Source of the DNA: Planctomycetota bacterium
Lineage (GTDB): Bacteria; Planctomycetota; PLA2; JAEUHO01
Length of the DNA stretch: 64,000 nt
Direction: 5' to 3'
NCBI GenBank assembly: GCA_050248855.1
Contig: JBFWRP010000007.1
Coordinates: 64,001-128,000, forward strand
Shown here: positions 28,012 through 40,375 of the stretch, piece by piece
How positions within the stretch are numbered: the stretch's first letter is position 1
Layout: each line of letters starts with the position of its first letter
The notes under the pieces: model-generated
Databases searched by the model: none
Seen by the model: the letters and a program-made list of their open reading frames with translations, nothing else
What the model was told of the DNA's origin: nothing
Program-made: the position numbers and the translations under genes

Positions 28012-28800
28012 TCAGGTGCGGGGGATGAGGAGCTCGCGGAGGGCGAGCGGCGGCGTCTGATCGGCGACGAGGCCGATCTCGACGGGGTCGGTGGCGCGTG
28101 CGCCGGGCCGCACGGCGGCGGGGCGCGCGAGCGTCGTCCAGATGTCCGCACCGTTGCGGCGCACCACGACGCGAAGCGGTGCATCGCCGACCGTCTCGAA
28201 CACGCCGCGGTCCCGGGCGATGTAGCTGGCCACGCAGAGCGCCGTCCCCCCCATGCCGACCAGCCGACCGACGAACTTGGGGCCGGCCAGATGCTGGTCG
28301 CCGAAGGCGAGCACGTCCAGGGACACGCCCGGCTTGACGAGCAGCGGCAGGGCCTCGAGCAGGACCGGCTCGGTCCAGTCGGGCGTCAGAAGCGGTCGGC
28401 GCTCGTCGAGCAGCCCGACGCGTCGCTGCTCGGAGACGGTCAACGGCCTCGTGAAACGGCAGCCGACGTAGGTGAGGTCGTCCTCGCCCATGCGCGTGGC
28501 GACGCGTACGGGCAAGGCGTCGCGCTCCAGCTCGACGCCGTCGAACACGAGCACGAACCCGGTCGCCAGACGCTCATGGAGCGACATCATGGCGAGCCCG
28601 CCGGCCACGCCCTCGGCAGCCAGGTCCGCCGAGCTGATGGCCACGAGGGCGCCCCCCTCGGAGACGTCGACCACGAGGGCCAGCACGTCGAGCGCGGGGG
28701 CGCGGACGCGCGCCCGCAAGCGCATCTCGACGCGCGGCGAACGGCGCTTCCCGGACAGGAACGCGCGCAGGGGGTCGGCCAGCGGCGGGGCGGAGGACAT
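28012..28800 (-). CDS. PilZ-domain protein
   Basis: RxxxR (KRRSPR) and DxSxxG (DVSEGG) c-di-GMP-binding motifs. Possibly a second, degenerate barrel. Confidence 0.8.
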   Translation of the reverse strand: MSSAPPLADPLRAFLSGKRRSPRVEMRLRARVRAPALDVLALVVDVSEGGALVAISSADLAAEGVAGGLAMMSLHERLATGFVLVFDGVELERDALPVRVATRMGEDDLTYVGCRFTRPLTVSEQRRVGLLDERRPLLTPDWTEPVLLEALPLLVKPGVSLDVLAFGDQHLAGPKFVGRLVGMGGTALCVASYIARDRGVFETVGDAPLRVVVRRNGADIWTTLARPAAVRPGARATDPVEIGLVADQTPPLALRELLIPRT

Positions 28801-28805
28801 GGTCC

Positions 28806-29930
28806 CTATCGGGTGCCTACCCGGGCCTTGACCATCTTCTGGACACCGGCGCGATCGGGCAGCTGGCCAAGACCGATGGCCTCGATCTCCTTGCGGTAGC
28901 GCTCGGTGGCATCTTGCGTGAGCGCCTCGATGCGCGGCAGGGCGCGCTCGAAGGCCTCGACGACCGTGGGATCGAACTGCGTGCCCGCGCAGCGGCGGAG
29001 CTCGGCGATGGCCACCGACGAGGGCTGGGGGCCCTTGTAGCAACGCTCGCTGATGATGGCGTCGTAGGCATCCACGCACGCGAAGATGCGCGCGGCCAAC
29101 GGGATCTCCTCACCGGACAGGCCATCCGGATACCCGCCACCGTCCCAGCGTTCGTGGTGATGGCGGATCACCGTGCTGGCGGCCGCCAGGAACGGGATGC
29201 GCGCCACGAAGTCCGCGCCGAACTCGGGGTGCATCCGCATCACCTTCCACTCGTCTTCGTCGAGCGGACCGGGCTTGGTCAGGATGGCGTCGGGCACGCG
29301 GTACTTGCCGACGTCGTGCAGCATGGCGCCCAGCTGCACATCGCGCAGCTCGCGCTCGCTGAAACCCATCTCGCGGGCCAGCAGCGTGCAGATGTCGCGC
29401 ACGCGCCACAAGTGGCCCATCGTGCTGGCGTCCTTGCCTTCGATCATCGAGGCGAAGCCGATCACCGTGCCGTCGTAGGTGCGGCGCAGCTCGTCTTCCT
29501 TCTCGGCGAGGCGCTGTTCGAGCTGTGCCTTGTAGTTGATGCGCAGCTTGTAGACCTGACGGAGCTCGAGCGCGCGGTTGACGGCGTCGGCGATCTCGAC
29601 GAGGTCGAAGGGGTTCTTCTGCAGGAAGTTGCAGGCGCCGAGGCGGATCGCCTCCATGGCGTACTTCCACTCGTCGTAGGCCGTCAGGATCATGAACGGC
29701 GTGACGGACTCGACGTAGGGGCGCACCCGCCGCAGGAAGGCCAAACCGTCCATCTTCGGCATGTGGATGTCGCTGATGATCAGGTCGTAGCCGTCCTTGT
29801 CGGCCAGGATCTTGCGGACCCCCTCCTCGCCGTTGCCCGCTTGTTCGCACGTATGGCCCTGGCTGGTGAGGTGCCGGGCGAGCACGTCACGCAGGGTCTC
29901 CTCGTCTTCGACGATCAGGATGCGTCCCAT
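28806..29930 (-). CDS. Response regulator with an HD-GYP phosphodiesterase domain
   Basis: REC domain (ILIVEDE, ISDIHMPKMDG), then LHDVGK, HHHERWDGGGYPDGL, RCAGTQFDP. Confidence 0.95.
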   Translation of the reverse strand: MGRILIVEDEETLRDVLARHLTSQGHTCEQAGNGEEGVRKILADKDGYDLIISDIHMPKMDGLAFLRRVRPYVESVTPFMILTAYDEWKYAMEAIRLGACNFLQKNPFDLVEIADAVNRALELRQVYKLRINYKAQLEQRLAEKEDELRRTYDGTVIGFASMIEGKDASTMGHLWRVRDICTLLAREMGFSERELRDVQLGAMLHDVGKYRVPDAILTKPGPLDEDEWKVMRMHPEFGADFVARIPFLAAASTVIRHHHERWDGGGYPDGLSGEEIPLAARIFACVDAYDAIISERCYKGPQPSSVAIAELRRCAGTQFDPTVVEAFERALPRIEALTQDATERYRKEIEAIGLGQLPDRAGVQKMVKARVGTR

Positions 29931-29993
29931 GGGGCTCCGGGGGGCTGACAGGGCGTCATCCTTCTTGTCGGACCGTCTCCCCCCCCTGCTTGA

Positions 29994-33863
<3,870 letters not shown>

Positions 33864-33923
33864 ACCCGGGGGAACGAGGCCGCCCTTGCCTCGGGCCGCC
33901 GAGCCGCCGATGCAAAGGTCGTG

Positions 33924-33951
33924 GGAACGCGCGGCGTGCCGCTGCGTCCAA
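33924..33951 (+). promoter_or_regulatory. Candidate ECF-sigma promoter
   Basis: GGAAC-N16-CGTCCAA, about 85 nt upstream of the ATG at 34036. Confidence 0.5.
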
Positions 33952-34035
33952 CCCACGGGATGGGGCCCTGCGGCCCCCGCCGCGCCCGTAGTCTCGGACC
34001 GGGGCCCACCCGGCGCCCGGAAGGAGAAGAGGTCC

Positions 34036-35913
34036 ATGCAGAGTCACCAGCAGGCCGCCCGCCGACGTGCCGCGACCACGTGGGCGGTGGTTGCCCTCTT
34101 CGGCGCGCTTCTGCTCACGAGCGGCGGTACCGCCGAGGCCGGCGCACCGCCGACCAACTGGACGTACCGCGACCGGGCGCACAAGTTCTCGCTGAAGATG
34201 TTCAGGGGGTTCGAGCGCGTCCCCTTGCAGCCGGGCGAAGAAGAGAACCGGGGCATGGTCGTGCGCTTTGCCGACCCCAAGAGCAAGGGCCAGAACCGCG
34301 GCACCTACGACGTCGAGGTCGAAGTCGTCAAGATCGACACGGTCGAAGGGGGCGTCGGCGGCGGCGTGACCACCGGGGACGGGTTGCCGGACGGAATGCC
34401 GCCCGAGATTGCCCGCGCCATGCGCGGGTTCCGACCCAAGAGCGCCTGGGACGCCACGATCGTCCAGGCCCTCTCCGTCTCCGGGGTCGAAGACGACGAG
34501 ATGTCCGAGCTCAAGGACAAGCCCGACAAGAAGATCGAGTCCAAGGACAAGCCGAAGATCCCCGGCGTGCTCTACAAGATCGAGCGCGCCGTGCCCACGC
34601 TCTATGGCGAGGAGCTCAGCTTGTTCATGGTGCTGGCCGTCTTCGTCAAGGACAACGTCGAGTACGGCGTCTACATGACCTGTGGCGGCAAGCTCCGCAA
34701 GAGCTACGAGAGCTCGTTCGAGCGCATCGCCAAGTCCTTCATGTGGTTCGACGACAAGGCCAAGGACATCGAGAGCCTGGACATCCTGGACGGCGTCAAC
34801 ATCAGCGCGAAGCGCCGCCGCGAGATCGAGCGCGGCCTGGTCAAGGGCTGGGACGTCGTGGTGAGTCCCAAGAAGAACTACATCGTCGTCTACAACACCA
34901 ACAACAACAAAAACAAGCTGCTTGCGAAGATCATCGCCGAGCGGATCGAAGCGATTCGCGAGCAGATCTACGAGGTGCAGTTCCCGCCGTCCGAGCCCAT
35001 CGAAGCCGTGTCCATCGTGCGCGTCTGCAAGGATCGCCGCGAGTACATGGCCTACGGCGCGCCGGGCGGCAGCGCCGGCTACTGGAGCAGCGCCGACGAG
35101 GAGCTGGTCTTCTACGATGCCAGCCCGAGCAAGAAGCCCGATGACGACACCCTCGCGGTGCTCTATCACGAGGCGTTCCACCAGTACATCTTCTACAGCG
35201 TGGGCAACGTCGCCCCGCACTCGTGGTTCAACGAAGGCCACGGCGACTACTACGCCGGCGCCGAGTTCAAGGGCGGCAAGTTCCGCATCGAGCCGTTCGA
35301 CTGGCGCCAGGGCACGATCCGCGGCGCCATCGTGACCGGGCCGCGCGGAGTCGTCAGCGAGAAGGAGGGTCGTCGCCAGTACGACGGCAACGGCGGCTAC
35401 ACGCCGCTCTGCGACTTCGTGCGCTTCACGCAGGGAGAGTACTACTCCTACCCCGGCATCTGCTACGCGCAGGGCTGGTCGCTCATCTACTTCCTGCGCG
35501 AGATCGTCCCGAAGAACAAGAAGTACAACGAGAAGTGGGGCCGCATCCTCGAGGTCTACTTCGACACGCTGAAGGCCGAGGTCAAGCAGGACAGGGAGTT
35601 CGGCGGCTTCCGTCCGCGCCCGCGCGACGACGATGACGACGACGACGGGGGTGACGAGGGGGACGAGGGCGGGGATGAAGACGGTCCTCCGCCCCCCGGT
35701 GACGGTCCTCCGGTCGGCCCCCCCGGCGACGGCGAGGGTGACGGTGGTGGGGACGAGCCCGACGACCCGGACGCCACGTTCTCCGCGCCCCGGCCCACCG
35801 GCGGCTTCGGTCCCAGCGCGGCGCTCGAGAAGGCCGTCCAGGAGGCGTTCAAGGACGTCGACTGGGAGGAGCTCGAAGAGGCTTGGCGCGAGGCCACCAA
35901 GCGCGGGAAGTGA
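34036..35913 (+). CDS. Secreted DUF1570-like zinc metallopeptidase
   Basis: AAGGAG/GAGG RBS and signal peptide. 'VLYHEAFHQY..PHSWFNEGHGDYY', 'YAQGWSLIYFL'. Acidic/Pro-Gly low-complexity insert near the C-terminus. Confidence 0.8.
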   Translation: MQSHQQAARRRAATTWAVVALFGALLLTSGGTAEAGAPPTNWTYRDRAHKFSLKMFRGFERVPLQPGEEENRGMVVRFADPKSKGQNRGTYDVEVEVVKIDTVEGGVGGGVTTGDGLPDGMPPEIARAMRGFRPKSAWDATIVQALSVSGVEDDEMSELKDKPDKKIESKDKPKIPGVLYKIERAVPTLYGEELSLFMVLAVFVKDNVEYGVYMTCGGKLRKSYESSFERIAKSFMWFDDKAKDIESLDILDGVNISAKRRREIERGLVKGWDVVVSPKKNYIVVYNTNNNKNKLLAKIIAERIEAIREQIYEVQFPPSEPIEAVSIVRVCKDRREYMAYGAPGGSAGYWSSADEELVFYDASPSKKPDDDTLAVLYHEAFHQYIFYSVGNVAPHSWFNEGHGDYYAGAEFKGGKFRIEPFDWRQGTIRGAIVTGPRGVVSEKEGRRQYDGNGGYTPLCDFVRFTQGEYYSYPGICYAQGWSLIYFLREIVPKNKKYNEKWGRILEVYFDTLKAEVKQDREFGGFRPRPRDDDDDDDGGDEGDEGGDEDGPPPPGDGPPVGPPGDGEGDGGGDEPDDPDATFSAPRPTGGFGPSAALEKAVQEAFKDVDWEELEEAWREATKRGK

Positions 35914-36002
35914 CCCGTCCCGACGCGGGTTTTGCCCAGCTCCTGCGTTCGGCCCCCGCCGGGCCGGGCCACCATGGCTCCCCGTCCGTAGGGAGCCCGT
36001 CC

Positions 36003-37421
36003 ATGCGCCGTCTGCTCGCCATCCTGCTCGTCACGACCTTCGGCGCCGCGCTGCTGCCGCCGCAGGCGGCGCGCGCCGACGACGTGGACGCGCAAGCCGT
36101 CGAGGCCCGCCGCCTGGGTCGCCGCCTGCTCGCCCACGATCCCGCGCGGCGGGTGGAGGCGCTCGGCGCGCTGTTCGAGCTGCTCGAAGGCGCGCCCGAG
36201 CGCCGTGACGAGCTGCTCGCGGAAGCCACGGGCGCCCTGGCCGACTGGGCCGATCGCAGCGAACGGCTCGCAGAGACCTGGGAGCGGGATCTGGCAGAGG
36301 GCGACCCCGTGCTGCGCTCGCGCGCCGCGCGGCTCTTGGCGGCGCTCGTGCTGGAGCGCGGGGCCCGTGCGTGGGCTGACGCCGACGGCGACATGGGCGC
36401 ACCGCTCGGCGACGCACCGGCGACGGTCGGGGCGACGCCTGGCGAGCCCCCCACACCGTCCGCGCCGCGGCCCCTGCCGGCGGACCTGCGCGAGCACCGT
36501 TTGGTCGACACGGGCGTGCTCGTGGGCCTCGGCGCCACGTCGCTGGACGTCCGCACCTTCCTCATGCGTCACGCGGATGCCAGCCAGGTCGTCGACTTCG
36601 GCTCGGGGCTGTGGATGGTGCTGGCGGACCCGGAGGGGCATGCCCGCCTGGCCGAGGCGCTGGCCGCCGTGGCGCGTGGCGAGGATCTGGAGGCACGCGC
36701 GGAGCCGACGACGCCCCCCGCCGCGGGCGCGCCGGAGCCTCGCGATGGACCCCCTGCGGGCGGCGCCGGCGAAGCGCCGCCGCCGGCGGCGGAAGACGCG
36801 GCCGGGACAGCGGCGCCCGACCACGGGGTCGATGGCCCGCGTTGGAAGGCCTCGGGCTTCGCGCTGCGGGTACCTCACGCGGAGTCGGGCCAGGACGACG
36901 CGGCACCCACCGGCGTGCGTACGGGGACGCTCGACGAGGCGGCAGCGTGGCTGGCGCGGGAGCGCAAGCGTCGCGATGCGCGCGAGATGCGCTCCTGGAC
37001 CACGCCGCTCGCGGTTGGCGCGCCACCCATGGAATGGCGCGCCGGCCGGGAGATCCCCTACAACCGCAGTATCGTGGCCGTGGGCGACGGAGCCTACCGC
37101 GTGGACAGCTCGACGCTGCACGAGGGCTACGCCTTCTCCCTACGCCTCGTCGCTCCGGAGGGGGATCCGACGTCCACGCGCCTCGTGGTCGAAGCCTCGC
37201 GTACCGACGTCGTGGAGCCGCTGACCGAGCTGCAAGTGCGGCCCGCGGCCGATGCCGAGCCGCTCACCGTGCACCGCGCACGCTGGACGCGCAGCACGCG
37301 CACCGAGACGGTCGACCTCGCGCCCGCGGGCGGCGTCGTCGTGATCGGCTTCGACCTTCCCGCCGGCGACGTCAGCGAGCGCGTGATCCTCGTCCTGACG
37401 CTCACGCCCCCGGATCGTTGA
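36003..37421 (+). CDS. Secreted protein with a possible secretin-like C-terminal beta domain
   Basis: Signal peptide ending AARA. C-terminal 'GREIPY..LHEGYAFSLR..TETVDL..GGVVVIG..VILVLTLTP'. Confidence 0.55.
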   Translation: MRRLLAILLVTTFGAALLPPQAARADDVDAQAVEARRLGRRLLAHDPARRVEALGALFELLEGAPERRDELLAEATGALADWADRSERLAETWERDLAEGDPVLRSRAARLLAALVLERGARAWADADGDMGAPLGDAPATVGATPGEPPTPSAPRPLPADLREHRLVDTGVLVGLGATSLDVRTFLMRHADASQVVDFGSGLWMVLADPEGHARLAEALAAVARGEDLEARAEPTTPPAAGAPEPRDGPPAGGAGEAPPPAAEDAAGTAAPDHGVDGPRWKASGFALRVPHAESGQDDAAPTGVRTGTLDEAAAWLARERKRRDAREMRSWTTPLAVGAPPMEWRAGREIPYNRSIVAVGDGAYRVDSSTLHEGYAFSLRLVAPEGDPTSTRLVVEASRTDVVEPLTELQVRPAADAEPLTVHRARWTRSTRTETVDLAPAGGVVVIGFDLPAGDVSERVILVLTLTPPDR

Positions 37422-37489
37422 AGCGCGAGGGGCCCTGGCCCCAGCCGGCGACCCCCAGCCGGCGACCCCCAGCAGGGTAGGCTTGCGCC

Positions 37490-40072
37490 ATGCATCGCGA
37501 TCGCTGGTTGCTCGTCCTGCTCACGGCGCTTGCGATCGCTGCCGGCTGGTGGCTGGCCAGCGGTGCAGGGACGCCGGGCGGCGACGTCCCCGCGTCCGAC
37601 GGCGAGGACCTGGAAGCCGTCGAGGCACGCCTGTTCGAGCGCCTGGGGCGCGAGGCGGACGCGCGGCGCCTCCCGGGTCTGGAAGCGCGACCGCGGGGCG
37701 AGGGCGTGCTTCGGGGAACCGTCTTGCACCACGTTCCCGAAGTGGGTGTCCGCCCCCTGACCGACGTCATCGTGCGCGTGTACTGGCGCAGCGACGCGGC
37801 GCTCGAGGGTCCGGCCGCGCCGGACGAAGCCTCCCCCGAGGGTCGCGCCACCGCGCGCACGGACGCGGAGGGCACGTTCGTCTTCCAGCGCCTGCCGGCG
37901 TTCACCGGCGGCGTGCTCGTGTTGCGCCATGCCCCCTACCGCGACGTGCAGCGTCGAGGCGTGCATGTCCGCGTGGGCGAGACGACGGACCTGGGCGAGA
38001 TCCTGTTGGGGGCGCCGACGTCGCTCCGCGGCGAGGTCGTGGACGCGCGGGGCCGGCCCCTGGAGGGTGCACGCGTGCAGGCCTTTGCAGCGCGACCCGG
38101 GACAGGGGACGGCTTCGACCTCCGGCGCGGGTTGCTCGAGCTGCAGGAGGGCGCCGTGGCGTTGGCCGACGTGGAGGTCGACCGGTTCGGCGAGTTCGTG
38201 CTCGATGATCTTCCGCCGGGCACGTACACGCTCCGCGCCTCGGCCCGCGGTCACGCGACGGCCTTCCGCGGAGGCGTCGTCGTCTCGCTGGACGAGCATG
38301 GCTCCGCCGTTCGCATGGTCCTGGACGAAGGCGCAGGATTCCGGGGCCGCGTACGCGAGAGCGGGGGCCGGGGCCTGATGGGCGCCCGCGTCATCGCCGT
38401 CGCCTTGCCCGCGGGGGGCGAAGTGCGCGTGGATCGGGTCGAGACCACCTCCGGACCCGATGGCGTGTACGAGCTGGATGTCCTCGTCCCCGGCATGCGG
38501 TACTTCCTCGAAGCGGCGCATCCGGACCACGCGCCGTCCGGCACGTTCGTCGTGGCGACCACGGGCTTCCTGGAGCGCGACTTCGTGCTCGAAGCCAGCG
38601 GTCGCGTGCAAGGCGTCATCCGCGACGCCGAGACCGGCAAGCCGGTGCCCTACGCGGAGGTGACGCTGGCGAGCGGATCGCTCGCCGGCGTGTCGCCGCT
38701 CAGCACCACGGCGGACGGCGCGGGCCAGTACGTCTTCCCGCATGCGCACCCGGGCCCCGTGCTGCTCTTCTTGGCGCGCGCGCCGGGCTTCGTGCAGACG
38801 GACGAGGCCGACCTGAAGGGCTTGGGCGGGCTGGTCGTGGAAGCAGGCGGCCTGCTCGAGATCGACCGCGAGCTCGTGGCGGGCGGCGAGGTGACGGGGA
38901 CGGTGAGGGACCAAGCGGGTCGCGTCGTTCCCTACGCGACCGTCGGGCTCACGGAGCGCCGGGCCCGCTGGCGCGGCGAACGGACCACCACGACCGACCT
39001 CGGCGGCGCCTACCGATTGGCCGGTATCCGCGCGGGGGAGCACGTGCTGCGGGTCGATGCGACGGGCTACGCGCCGCTGGTCGCCGACGCGGACGTGAAG
39101 GTCGTGATGCCGCCCGCCGCCACGTCGATCGTGCACGACGTGGTGCTGGACGACGGGGCCGTGCTGACGGGGCGGGTGCGCACCGAGGAGAACGCCCCCG
39201 TCAGCGGGGCGGTGGCCCGCGTGGAGGTCGACGGGGATCGCCGCGCGCGCGAGCGCGTCGCAGGCCGCCAGGCCGTCACCCATCCCGATGGCAGCTACCG
39301 CCTGGGCGGGCTACCGGCCGGCGTGCCGATCACGCTCGTCGTGCAGCACGCGAGCCACGCCGCCGCGCGCAAGGGTCCCTACCGTCTCCAGGCGGGGCAG
39401 GTGATGCCCGTGGACATCACGCTCGACCAGGGCGCCCGGCTCGTCGGCCGTGCGGAGGACCCCGACGGCCGTCCCATCGAGCGCGCCCGCGTGCGCTGGG
39501 GCGTCGTGCGTCCCGAAGACGAGGGCGAGCTGCGGGATGCCTTCCGCGCCGACGCACTGCTCGGGACGCGCTCGCTGGGGACGGACGCGTTGGGCGGCTT
39601 CGTCATCGAGGGCCTCGAGCCCGGTCGCCATGTCGTGAAGGTCGAGCACGAGGGGTACGGCACGTGGTACCGCCACGACGTGATGGTGCCCGCGGAGGAC
39701 GACCCGCCCCCGCTCGTGGCCGTCCTGCAGCCAGCGCTCGCCATCGAAGGCGTCGTTCGTGGAGAAGGCGGCGGCGTGGCCGCGGGCGCCTTCGTCTACG
39801 CGCGCGAGCCGCGGGGCGACGGCGAACCACGCGTCGCGGACGGCCGCGTCCGCGCGCTCGTCAGCGGCGAGACCGACGCCGCGGGTCGCTTCCGCTTGGA
39901 GCCGCTCGCTCCGGGCCTCTACGAAGTAGTCGTCTGGTACGCAGCGGGCTTCGTCGCCGAAGCGCAAGACCACCGCGACGCCCGCGTGCGCAAGGCGGGC
40001 GTCAACGCGGGCGCGCGCAACGTGGTCTTCGAGCTCTTGCCCTGGCCGCCACCCGATCCGGGGGGCGGCTAG
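37490..40072 (+). CDS. Carboxypeptidase-regulatory-like (CarboxypepD_reg) repeat protein
   Basis: N-terminal TM segment. Repeated 'G.V.D..G.P..GA.V..TD..G.Y.L..L.PG.Y' units. Confidence 0.85.
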   Translation: MHRDRWLLVLLTALAIAAGWWLASGAGTPGGDVPASDGEDLEAVEARLFERLGREADARRLPGLEARPRGEGVLRGTVLHHVPEVGVRPLTDVIVRVYWRSDAALEGPAAPDEASPEGRATARTDAEGTFVFQRLPAFTGGVLVLRHAPYRDVQRRGVHVRVGETTDLGEILLGAPTSLRGEVVDARGRPLEGARVQAFAARPGTGDGFDLRRGLLELQEGAVALADVEVDRFGEFVLDDLPPGTYTLRASARGHATAFRGGVVVSLDEHGSAVRMVLDEGAGFRGRVRESGGRGLMGARVIAVALPAGGEVRVDRVETTSGPDGVYELDVLVPGMRYFLEAAHPDHAPSGTFVVATTGFLERDFVLEASGRVQGVIRDAETGKPVPYAEVTLASGSLAGVSPLSTTADGAGQYVFPHAHPGPVLLFLARAPGFVQTDEADLKGLGGLVVEAGGLLEIDRELVAGGEVTGTVRDQAGRVVPYATVGLTERRARWRGERTTTTDLGGAYRLAGIRAGEHVLRVDATGYAPLVADADVKVVMPPAATSIVHDVVLDDGAVLTGRVRTEENAPVSGAVARVEVDGDRRARERVAGRQAVTHPDGSYRLGGLPAGVPITLVVQHASHAAARKGPYRLQAGQVMPVDITLDQGARLVGRAEDPDGRPIERARVRWGVVRPEDEGELRDAFRADALLGTRSLGTDALGGFVIEGLEPGRHVVKVEHEGYGTWYRHDVMVPAEDDPPPLVAVLQPALAIEGVVRGEGGGVAAGAFVYAREPRGDGEPRVADGRVRALVSGETDAAGRFRLEPLAPGLYEVVVWYAAGFVAEAQDHRDARVRKAGVNAGARNVVFELLPWPPPDPGGG

Positions 40073-40080
40073 CGCGCGGA

Positions 40081-40320
40081 GGTGTCTGAACCCCGTGAGA
40101 GGTGCAGGAGGGACCGTGAGGGGTGCAGGGGGGTACGGAATAGCCCCCCTGCTGCGCAGGCGAAGCCGGAGCACCGAGTCCGCGCGGTAGCGCGGAACGA
40201 GCGTGGAGCGACCAGACACCGAAGTGCGACGTTCGCCGGCGATCGCACCGCGACCCCTGCGTGTCAGGCACCTTGCCCACGTTGCCGCTGCGCGGCGCCG
40301 CGGCAAGGGTCCTGACACAT
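40081..40320. repeat. Intergenic cluster of short REP-like motifs, a tandem repeat and a hairpin
   Basis: GGTGTCTGAACCCC (40081), GTGTCAGGCACC (40261), GGGTCCTGACAC (~40307). A ~21-nt imperfect tandem repeat at 40093-40134. Stem GCAGGGGGG/CCCCCCTGC at 40125-40152. Confidence 0.45.
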
Positions 40321-40375
40321 CCGGGGTCGCCAGGCGCGCGGAGGCGTCGGGGAGCGCGGCGACACGGAGGCGGGC

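Noticed and set aside
40093..40134. Possible CRISPR repeat
   Set aside because: Only two adjacent imperfect copies, with no spacers and no cas genes.
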